Positions 1-7,540 of a stretch of 64,000 nucleotides of DNA are shown here, piece by piece. The DNA is taken from positions 451-64,450 of the forward strand of contig CAMJVU010000002.1 of assembly GCA_946409305.1 (NCBI GenBank), read 5' to 3'. Each line of letters starts with the position of its first letter. Within the stretch, counting starts at the first letter, position 1. Position numbers and translations under genes: made by a program. This stretch comes from an uncultured Cytophagales bacterium. Lineage in GTDB: Bacteria > Bacteroidota > Bacteroidia > Cytophagales > Amoebophilaceae. The notes under the pieces were generated by a model. It was given only the letters and a program-made list of their open reading frames with translations. It was not told where the DNA came from and did no database searches.

Positions 1-1086
1 AACACTTTCCAATAAAGTACCAACCAACATGAAACCAACCAACGTATATTCATCAATGTTGTTAGCATCAACATACGTATACCCAAAACAGTGGTATATA
101 TACGGATCATATATCATAAAAATCGCAATATAACTAAGAATGACGAACTTTAATAGCATCGAGACGTAAGACAACAATGTATGTCTGTGTATTTTATGAG
201 CGAATTCATGCCCCATCACTGCTACAATCTCATCGACAGTAAGTTCATTTAAAAGTGTATCAAACAGGACTAATTTCGTTGGACCGAACGGGACACTCAA
301 GCAAAAAGCATTCCCCTTTTTTGATCTTCTACTACCATCCATAACATAAACATTTTCCAATTTTATATTAAAATTCGTCGCCAGATCTGTTAACTTAGAC
401 TTCAATTCTCCATCATCCAATGGAGAAAACTTATTAAACATTGGCATTATAAAATATGCCGACATAATCTGTAAGAACCACACAATTAAAAACAATCCCA
501 AGATAAAGTACAATACGGTATAGAAGTTTAACCTCCCGAGGTAATCTAACCCAACACTAACTGCAAATATAACAAAACCATTTACAGTCATTCCTACTAA
601 TAATCCCTTAACTGTGTCAGTCATCATAAGCCCATTTGTCATTGTACTATATCCAAATCTTTTTTCTATTTTATCTGACAGAATTTTAAAAGGGAACATA
701 ACGATACTAGAAAATAATGCCACCACGACCATAGAACTCCAAATCCCTACAGGTACAGTAAAATCTAATCGACATACGTATTCAATTATTGTTGGACTTA
801 ATCCAATTATCAAAAAACACGTACCCATCGTCGTAGATATTCCAGAAGCAAAGTATGAAAAGATAGATTTAATTCTGTTGTATGACAACAAACTACCAAA
901 CTTATTTTCGTCAAACTCCGTCTCCAATATTGGATGTGCCGATTTTAAATCTTCTACCAGTTTGTCCGCATCTAATAACAAATCATTTGAACAATTTATA
1001 TATCCCTCAATGATACGCCTCAAGAAATTTCCAACAAAAACTACAATAATAACCCAACTCGAAAAGTCTACAATGTGATTAAACAT
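1..1086 (-). CDS. M48-family zinc metallopeptidase, Ste24 / CAAX-prenyl-protease type (C-terminus beyond window edge)
   Basis: Absent from the ORF track because it stays open to position 1. Hand translation of the minus strand from the ATG at 1086-1084 gives MFNHIVDFSSWVIIVVFVGNFL... It has several hydrophobic helices, KRFGYSTMTNGLMMTDTVKG (Ste24 N-domain wording), NAFCLSVPFGPTKLVLFDTLL and the HExxH site VAVMGHEFAHKIHRH. The listed + ORF 614..1078 is its antisense shadow. Confidence 0.8.
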   Translation of the reverse strand, partial: MFNHIVDFSSWVIIVVFVGNFLRRIIEGYINCSNDLLLDADKLVEDLKSAHPILETEFDENKFGSLLSYNRIKSIFSYFASGISTTMGTCFLIIGLSPTIIEYVCRLDFTVPVGIWSSMVVVALFSSIVMFPFKILSDKIEKRFGYSTMTNGLMMTDTVKGLLVGMTVNGFVIFAVSVGLDYLGRLNFYTVLYFILGLFLIVWFLQIMSAYFIMPMFNKFSPLDDGELKSKLTDLATNFNIKLENVYVMDGSRRSKKGNAFCLSVPFGPTKLVLFDTLLNELTVDEIVAVMGHEFAHKIHRHTLLSYVSMLLKFVILSYIAIFMIYDPYIYHCFGYTYVDANNIDEYTLVGFMLVGTLLESV

Positions 1087-1234
1087 AAAAATATTTACTT
1101 ATAATTTACTACACCACACAATAACTAATTTTAAGAATTAATCACCACTTCTGTAAATAAGATCTAATCGATCACAAAACCGACCAACCAAAACCACGAG
1201 TACCACGAGGTAAAAACACAATAACGGAACAAAA

Positions 1235-1685
1235 CTACCAACAGCCACACCCTTTTCCCCTGGTAACAATCCGTCTTGGTTTCTCATCTAGTCGAATACC
1301 TCTACCACCCTCAGAATCTTTTTTACTTTCATTCTTACGGTAAATAAAATAAATCGTAACACTAGAATACTTACCACCACTACAAAAATTCAACAATAGA
1401 TCTTCATTTTCTGGCCTTTTCCCTTTAATTGGAACAGCTTCTAAACAGTCGGGGGACAATGAAAACTCCTCTGCAAAATCATTTCTTATCTTTTTAAAAG
1501 TAGTTCCGAGAGGGTATCTCCTATCCCGCATAACCCCACTATCATGTTCACACACGCACGGTTATCACATTATTTAAGATTTTTAAATCATCATCCAAAT
1601 CAGAATCCATATTTCCGTAAGTAACAACTAATCCGTATGTTACCAACACTACACAAACGAAATGCCATATTTTATTTGCCTTCAT
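1235..1685 (-). pseudogene. Split member of the MK(T/A)NK-leader small lipoprotein family (leader ORF 1548..1685 plus body ORF 1235..1555 in the next frame)
   Basis: An unlisted 45-codon ORF runs from the ATG at 1685: MKANKIWHFVCVVLVTYGLVVTYGNMDSDLDDDLKILNNVITVRV, ending at TGA 1548-1550. It overlaps track ORF 1235..1555, which is shifted by one nucleotide. The junction lies in the GT-rich tract GTGCGTGTGTG (plus strand 1549-1559). The lipobox Cys of the other family members is Tyr here. Confidence 0.55.
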
Positions 1686-1704
1686 AATCATAACTCCTAC
1701 ATCC
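1605..1704 (-). repeat. Conserved 5' cassette, copy D (upstream leader plus signal-peptide codons)
   Basis: GGATGTAGGAGTTATGATT-ATGAAGGCAAATAAAATATGGCATTTCGTTTGTGTAGTGTTGGTAACATACGGATTAGTTGTTACTTACGGAAATATG aligns by eye with the copies at 3903-4009, 26853-26958 and 35014-35120. Confidence 0.7.
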
Positions 1705-3130
1705 CTCGTATCACATCAAAAGTCAAAGTATCGCCATCACTTATTACATGCTTTACATCATCAAAATCTTTCAAATCATCTAAAGAAGGACTAGAAGCAT
1801 AGTTCAGAATAACTCCATTTAAATAAAAAAGGTTATAATGACATTTACCAACCAGCTCTGGTTTCTTGTTAATAAGAGTCCAATAGAGAACATCCAACAA
1901 TGATTGTTTCCTACTTGTTTTTATACCGTTAAAGTTATATACATCTTCTGACCCCTGAACTCGAACTTTGACGTTTATCTCTACATTCTCTCCTTCATTT
2001 TTACTAGCCAATGTCTGAAGAGCCTCAGGATTCAAACGATAAGTGACATTATTACATTCTGGAACAACGTTGTAAACACTTTTCTCGAGATAATCACCAA
2101 CATTTTGACACGTATAAAACAGAATGTAAGGAGAACCCACAACATTACAACAATCCCACTCTTGTACAATTTTATCATTATATAAGAACCACTTACTACA
2201 TTTCTCGTTATAAACGTACGCAACATAATGACCACCTCCTTTTTCAAAAGAAACAAAAGAAGATAATTTGTAAGTATATCTCTGGAGGTTTACCATTCCA
2301 AATTTGTTCACGTCAAACTTGTTTCCATTTATTATATCACCCGCACTAACATTAACGATCATAACTGGAGCAAATTGATTCAAACCATTATTAAACGGGT
2401 TAGAAAGATCAAGTCCAACTGGGAGCCATCCCAAAAAGCTTTGGATAAGAAGTCTTAAATGATCATTAAACGTATAAAAAAGATTTTCGATAACGTTCAC
2501 GTTATTATTCCCTAATTCTGACGACAATACATTAACAATGTGACTCAAAAGTTTACACGAATCAGCGGGAGCAAAATGACAAAAAGGATTATCCTCGACA
2601 TTATTCTTTCGACCAGTAGTCATAGGAATCTCACCCACAAGATTCTTAAATAAATCAGCACTGAAAATATCCTCACCATCGTTAATCCACAAATTGTAAA
2701 AAACATCAAATAACTGTTTCGTCAAAGTATTATTCGACATTCTCTCAAAAACATCTTGATACCTAATAAAATAATTTCCCAATGCAGGTAAATTACACAA
2801 ACACTGCAATACAGCATTCATATAGCACGTAGCACCAAAATTCTTCAAACCCTTCGTAAAGAATCTTGTATTACCATCATCACTGAATAACCTTTCACGT
2901 GACTTATTTTCTTGTTCCTTTGCCAATCTCTGAATTAAATTTAGATTATTTCCACCTCCACTCTGCTTAACAACATCACTCGAATTGTTTCCACCTTCAC
3001 TCCGATTAACGGTATTATTCCCCAACAGAGGATCGGTACCAACATCCTGTGAACAACAACAAAGACCAAAATAAGAGCAACCGACACATAAGCATGCCCC
3101 CAAAACAGCACACTTCACCAACATCTTCAT
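1697..3130 (-). CDS. USP/UCH-type (peptidase C19) deubiquitinase-like cysteine protease with N-terminal signal/lipobox-like anchor
   Basis: 477 aa. N-terminus MKMLVKCAVLGACLCVGCSYF. Cys box GLKNFGATCYMNAVLQCL. His box GGGHYVAYVYNEKCSKWFLYNDKIV. Confidence 0.85.
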   Translation of the reverse strand: MKMLVKCAVLGACLCVGCSYFGLCCCSQDVGTDPLLGNNTVNRSEGGNNSSDVVKQSGGGNNLNLIQRLAKEQENKSRERLFSDDGNTRFFTKGLKNFGATCYMNAVLQCLCNLPALGNYFIRYQDVFERMSNNTLTKQLFDVFYNLWINDGEDIFSADLFKNLVGEIPMTTGRKNNVEDNPFCHFAPADSCKLLSHIVNVLSSELGNNNVNVIENLFYTFNDHLRLLIQSFLGWLPVGLDLSNPFNNGLNQFAPVMIVNVSAGDIINGNKFDVNKFGMVNLQRYTYKLSSFVSFEKGGGHYVAYVYNEKCSKWFLYNDKIVQEWDCCNVVGSPYILFYTCQNVGDYLEKSVYNVVPECNNVTYRLNPEALQTLASKNEGENVEINVKVRVQGSEDVYNFNGIKTSRKQSLLDVLYWTLINKKPELVGKCHYNLFYLNGVILNYASSPSLDDLKDFDDVKHVISDGDTLTFDVIRGM

Positions 3131-3178
3131 ACTTTATAACAACAAACTAATATAAGAAAGCAAAAATAGCAAAACTTA

Positions 3179-3705
3179 TTACTTAAAAATTTTTCTAATT
3201 TCCTCAAATTTATTCTCGACAAGACCAATGTAATGAACCATTTTCTCTGAGCCTGGAACAAAATCACTTTCCTTAATCGTTTCACCACAACTACAAGAGA
3301 ACATAGCGCTTCCAATGTACGTGTCTATATGAATTCCTTTAATGTATTTAGAATAAGCATCCAAATCCGTCTTAATACCCCCCCCTTTACGTTCTCATCA
3401 TTATATGTCTGGACAGAATCCATGACTGCTTCATTATACCAATTATTAAATGTAAATTCCCTCCGCCCATACTTCGAACGTATTACTATCTCCGCAGGAA
3501 TAAAATTCTCCACACCTCTACTATCGCGAACCACACTACTAAAATTTTCCCCATCATTCGACGAAGAATTTTCCAAACAACAGTTACAAACAAAAACAGT
3601 CAGTAACATCGTGACCACTAATCCCGTGAAATTATAATAAACATAAAAACAACACACAACGATTAATGAAAACAAGAATTTAAAAACCCAACCACAAGAC
3701 CTCAA
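3179..3705 (-). pseudogene. Membrane-anchored hypothetical protein split by a G8 homopolymer (phase-variable gene or fresh pseudogene)
   Basis: Track ORFs 3325..3705 and 3179..3364 overlap in different frames, and the frame change coincides with the C8/G8 run at 3378-3385. G9 or G6 would give one ORF of about 175 aa. Confidence 0.7.
3378..3385. repeat. Homopolymer C8 (G8 on the coding strand) at a frameshift point
   Basis: Read directly: cttaataCCCCCCCCtttac. Confidence 0.95.
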
Positions 3706-3821
3706 ATAACGAGATAAAAAAAATCAACACCCAGTCGTACCAACCCGACCAGGGGCACTAATACAATAAAAAACTAGTGTTAGTTCGAATTCTGTGTGTT
3801 ATTACCTTGTGTATTAGGCCC

Positions 3822-3983
3822 TTAACACAAAATACAAGGGCATCTACTATCACTCTCCGGATTCTGATCCAAAGTATTATCACTATCAGTATCAATATCA
3901 TTATACATATTCCCACAAGCAACAACTAATCCGTATGTTGCCAACACTCCACAAATGAAGTGCCCTATTTTATTTGTCTTCAT
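3822..3983 (-). CDS. Small (53 aa) acidic lipoprotein, MKTNK-leader family, C-terminus CPCILC
   Basis: The internal ATG at 3983 of track ORF 3822..4097 gives MKTNKIGHFICGVLATYGLVVACGNMYNDIDTDSDNTLDQNPESDSRCPCILC. The lipobox is LVVAC. The track N-terminal extension is upstream leader read through. Confidence 0.7.
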   Translation of the reverse strand: MKTNKIGHFICGVLATYGLVVACGNMYNDIDTDSDNTLDQNPESDSRCPCILC

Positions 3984-4009
3984 AATTGTAACTTCTAAAA
4001 CCACGATAA
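3903..4009 (-). repeat. Conserved 5' cassette, copy A
   Basis: TTATCGTGGTTTTAGAAGTTACAATT-ATGAAGACAAATAAAATAGGGCACTTCATTTGTGGAGTGTTGGCAACATACGGATTAGTTGTTGCTTGTGGGAATATG. It differs from copy C at about 9 of 78 coding positions by hand alignment. Confidence 0.75.
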
Positions 4010-4192
4010 ATAAATACAAATAAAATACAAAAATCCGCTCAACTGATACCGGCACTCTTGGTGATTCACCGCTAATACCAAACATTTCACAACACATTAC
4101 AGTTTAAAGGATAACACCACTACTAATATCTTCTGTTCAAACCACATCGACGTTAACACACTCAGAAACGGACAAATAATTAGAATTAGTAC

Positions 4193-6343
4193 TCATATAT
4201 TATCCGGTATTCCTGAAGAACGTGAAGAACGCATTGAATCCTTATTAACAGAAACACCATCTTGAGAAGTCTGCGGAATTAACACTTTATGAGAAAGCAA
4301 ATATTTCCCATGATCAAGAACACGTACAATTTTTACTTCTATCTTATCACCTTTATTAAGTATATTTAGAAGGTTATCTATTTGAACATGATCAACCTCT
4401 GCAACCCTTAACAAACCAACTTTTCCAGGCATAAACTCAACAAATGCCTTATCCTCAAAAACCTCTTTCACTGTTCCGTCATATATCGTATCAACATCAG
4501 GAATAGTAATCAAATCATTTATTCTTTTCTTCACCTCATCCAACATTTGTTTATTTGAAGCAAAGATTCTAACTTCACCACAATCTTTCTTTTCATTGAT
4601 TGATATAGTACTGTCGGTGTCTTTTTGAAGTTTTTGAATCACACTTCCACCAACCCCAATAACCCTACCAATCATCTCCCTGTCGATATTCATGACACCG
4701 TAATGAGGTATAAATTCTTTAACTTCCTGCCTTGGAGTATCTACAGTTTTGGACATTTCTTTTAAAATAAAATTCAATCCTTCCCTAGACTGGGATAACG
4801 CCACTTTCAAGACGTCAATATTCAATCCCAATTTCTTAACGTCCAACTGGATTGCTGTTATTCCGCCACTAGTTCCGACAACTTTAAAATCCATATCCCC
4901 CAAATCATCCTCATCAGCAGATATATCAGACAATATGAAGAATTCCTCATTTGATTTAAAAATCAAACCCATAGCAATGCCTGCAACGTGAGACTTGATA
5001 CTTATCCCGGCATCCATTAATGCCAAACTACTACCACATACCGTGGCCATTGAAGAAGATCCATTAGAACTTAATATGTCAGACACTATTCTTATAACAA
5101 AATTATTATTAGCGGGTAGTATTGGTTTTATTCCATTACACGCTAAATTGCCATGACCTATTTCCCTCCTTGAGATACCCCTATTTTGTGATGTTTCCCC
5201 CGTAGCATAACTTGGGAAATTATAGTGTAATATAAAATCCACATAACTAGAAGACAACACTCCATCTTGCATTTGTTCGTTTCTTCTATCGCCTAAAGTC
5301 AAGCTTACAAGAGCTTGAGTTTCTCCTCTTGTAAATAAAGCCGACCCGTGAACATGAGGTAAAAAGTCAATAGAAGATGAGATACCTCTAACATCAGTCA
5401 ACTTCCTTCCATCGATACGCTTACCATCTTTCAATACATTTAATAATGCTTCCTTTTTCGATTCCTTTACAACGAAATCAGTACCATCATTATCCTTGTT
5501 ATTGGAAACGTACTGTTCAACAATGTTACTAATTGCAATATCTCTATCCTTTTTATTTTCTATTGATTGTGAATACACAGAGTACAAAGATCGTGTTAAA
5601 CCTTCGTCGGAATGAATACTCACATTCTCCTTGCTATCTACCCTGGAAATCCCAAAATTTGAATTATATTCATTCAGGAATTCCTCTTGAAATAAACATT
5701 GTTCCTTTATATGGAGCATTGCTACATTTATTCCTTCTAAAAGCACTTCATCTGCAATTTCGTTGCAAGATCCCTCAATCATCACTATATGGTCCTTCGT
5801 CCCACAAACAACCAATTTTGTAGACTTATCACTTAATTCCTTATCAACCAACTCCCACTTACCATCTGAATACCAAACAACAACCTCAGATACCGGAATA
5901 TTAAAACCAACATTTGATATCAACAACGCCAAAGAAGTTGAAAAACATGCAAACCTTTCAACAACAAGATTATTATTTGCAGAAAATAACGTAATATTAA
6001 CATTCACTTCTGACAAATTTCCCTTATCAAAGACAGGCCTAATACCTCTATCAACAAGTCTTGAAATCAATATTTCTCTATCCGTCAATTTTCCCTCTCT
6101 TTTTACGCTATATGGTGGAATCTTCCCAACAGCAGCATACTTCTCCTGATATGACACGCACAACGGGAAAAAGCCATAGTTTTTTTCCCTACCATTTCTA
6201 TTGCAGGTAATTGTTGTCAACAAAACATCACCTTCGTTTGAACGAACTAGAATCGCCCCGTCGGCTTGACAAGCTACTTCCCCTGTCTCGAAACAAAGCC
6301 CACAATAATCACTCCTAAACTCCTTTCTAAAAACATTATTCAT
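4193..6343 (-). CDS. pnp: Polyribonucleotide nucleotidyltransferase (PNPase)
   Basis: 716 aa with two RNase PH-like halves, a KH segment (GRVIGVGGSVIQKLQ) and an S1 segment (GTVKEVFEDKAFVEFMPGKVGLLRVAEV). It lies directly downstream of rpsO, the usual arrangement. The stop codon is TGA. Confidence 0.95.
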   Translation of the reverse strand: MNNVFRKEFRSDYCGLCFETGEVACQADGAILVRSNEGDVLLTTITCNRNGREKNYGFFPLCVSYQEKYAAVGKIPPYSVKREGKLTDREILISRLVDRGIRPVFDKGNLSEVNVNITLFSANNNLVVERFACFSTSLALLISNVGFNIPVSEVVVWYSDGKWELVDKELSDKSTKLVVCGTKDHIVMIEGSCNEIADEVLLEGINVAMLHIKEQCLFQEEFLNEYNSNFGISRVDSKENVSIHSDEGLTRSLYSVYSQSIENKKDRDIAISNIVEQYVSNNKDNDGTDFVVKESKKEALLNVLKDGKRIDGRKLTDVRGISSSIDFLPHVHGSALFTRGETQALVSLTLGDRRNEQMQDGVLSSSYVDFILHYNFPSYATGETSQNRGISRREIGHGNLACNGIKPILPANNNFVIRIVSDILSSNGSSSMATVCGSSLALMDAGISIKSHVAGIAMGLIFKSNEEFFILSDISADEDDLGDMDFKVVGTSGGITAIQLDVKKLGLNIDVLKVALSQSREGLNFILKEMSKTVDTPRQEVKEFIPHYGVMNIDREMIGRVIGVGGSVIQKLQKDTDSTISINEKKDCGEVRIFASNKQMLDEVKKRINDLITIPDVDTIYDGTVKEVFEDKAFVEFMPGKVGLLRVAEVDHVQIDNLLNILNKGDKIEVKIVRVLDHGKYLLSHKVLIPQTSQDGVSVNKDSMRSSRSSGIPDNI

Positions 6344-6368
6344 AATGACTTTTTTTTAAATACAACAC

Positions 6369-6590
6369 CTACTTTTTTATAAAACTCAACATTTTATTGT
6401 ACCTATCAATGTCCTTTGACTTTAAATATTTCATAATCCCTCTTCTTCTGCTAACTACTTTGATAAGACTACGTTTCGATTGATAATCATGTTTATTCCT
6501 CTGAATATGAGCACTTAAATAATTTATCCTTTCAGTAAAAAAAGTTACTTGAGACTCAACAGAACCACAATCCTTAACTGCATCACCCAT
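6369..6590 (-). CDS. rpsO: 30S ribosomal protein S15 (short N-terminus)
   Basis: TERINYLSAHIQRNKHDYQSKRSLIKVVSRRRGIMKYLKSKDIDRYNKML is S15 wording. The gene sits upstream of pnp. Confidence 0.85.
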   Translation of the reverse strand: MGDAVKDCGSVESQVTFFTERINYLSAHIQRNKHDYQSKRSLIKVVSRRRGIMKYLKSKDIDRYNKMLSFIKK

Positions 6591-6612
6591 AACTAAAAAA
6601 TATAAAACTATA

Positions 6613-7410
6613 TTAAAAAAACTTCAGATATCTACCTGGCTTACTTTTGAAATCATCCGCAATTGCATCTACCTTCTTCAATATAACATTCAATTCCTTT
6701 ATCGCCTCGCTAATATTATCAATGATATTCTCTTTTTTCATACTGTTTACAACAGTTCTAACCCCCTCGTCAGTGTTTTTCACTAAAGTATTAACTTTCA
6801 ACAATGTATCTTTTACACTACTAAAAGTTTTACTTAGGTCCTTATAATCACGTTTAAAATCACTTGTCAATGAACCAACGTTACAACATATGTTATTTAC
6901 ACTTTCTATAACACTATTAAGTTTACTAATATTTAAGTTAACGACATCTGATATACCGTCCAAAGCCTTACAAGCATTTGACAATTGATCAACTATAGCA
7001 TTTATTTTCGCAAATATATTGTTCAAACTATTTCCGTGAATATTTGATTTTACAGTGGTATTAGTATCAATAACATTTCCATCCCCAATTTTTACGTCTA
7101 ACCACGTGTCACTTATTATCCCCTCATTAACTAAAACAACTGAACTATTCTTTAAAAATATTTTCCCATCGATATCAAAATATACCTTTGTCTTTAGAGT
7201 ATCATATAAAAATTCAACATTACTAACACGTCCAACTAAAAAACCATTTAAAAAGACTTTTGACCCTTTAGAAACGCCCTTATTACAGTCAAGTACAATA
7301 TTGTATGAGTTAACTTTCGAAAAACCTCCTCCGCACAAAAACCTTACAGAAATAAGGGCCCCAACTATAATAAAGGTCGAAAAAAAACCAACCTTAACCG
7401 ATTTATCCAT
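6613..7410 (-). CDS. MlaD/MCE-domain protein (outer-membrane lipid asymmetry / lipid transport substrate-binding component)
   Basis: A TM anchor VGFFSTFIIVGALISV is followed by MCE wording YNIVLDCNKGVSKGSKVFLNGFLVGRVSNVEF and a long helical C-terminus. I start it at ATG 7410, because the track start at 7449 would overlap the tRNA. Confidence 0.65.
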   Translation of the reverse strand: MDKSVKVGFFSTFIIVGALISVRFLCGGGFSKVNSYNIVLDCNKGVSKGSKVFLNGFLVGRVSNVEFLYDTLKTKVYFDIDGKIFLKNSSVVLVNEGIISDTWLDVKIGDGNVIDTNTTVKSNIHGNSLNNIFAKINAIVDQLSNACKALDGISDVVNLNISKLNSVIESVNNICCNVGSLTSDFKRDYKDLSKTFSSVKDTLLKVNTLVKNTDEGVRTVVNSMKKENIIDNISEAIKELNVILKKVDAIADDFKSKPGRYLKFF

Positions 7411-7424
7411 ATTTTTAATGCCAG

Positions 7425-7506
7425 TGCGCATGAAGGGACTCGAACCCATACACCTTGCGGCATCACCACCTCAAAGTGACTTGTCTACCAATTCCAACAC
7501 GTGCGC
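7425..7506 (-). tRNA. tRNA-Leu (anticodon GAG), class II with long variable arm
   Basis: Reverse complement: GCGCACGTGTTGGAATTGGTAGACAAGTCACTTTGAGGTGGTGATGCCGCAAGGTGTATGGGTTCGAGTCCCTTCATGCGCA. It shows the D-loop AATTGGTAGA, anticodon stem TCACT/GGTGA with loop TTGAGGT, the variable arm, and the T-loop GGGTTCGAGTCCC. By hand folding there is one mismatch in the acceptor stem and one in the T stem. No CCA is encoded. Confidence 0.75.
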
Positions 7507-7540
7507 AATATACCATCTTAACACTTTATAAAATACGTGA

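Noticed and set aside
614-1078. 154-aa + strand ORF from the track
   Set aside because: It lies antisense within the clearly recognisable M48/Ste24-type peptidase gene (HEFAH motif) that occupies 1-1086 on the minus strand. Its low-complexity composition is typical of a shadow ORF.
1-1086. Functional link between the Ste24-type CAAX protease homologue and the CaaX-ended small proteins
   Set aside because: The link is tempting, but Ste24/M48 homologues are widespread in bacteria that have no prenylated substrates. The enzyme would sit in the bacterial inner membrane, away from host-prenylated proteins. Co-occurrence in one window is not evidence.
4749-6149. Several + strand ORFs (4749..4991, 5533..5823, 5763..6149) inside pnp, and similar antisense ORFs inside clpB, ileS, gyrA, pheT, rnr and mnmE
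   Set aside because: All overlap strongly supported housekeeping genes on the opposite strand. They have Ser/Leu/Phe/Ile-rich shadow composition and no motifs.
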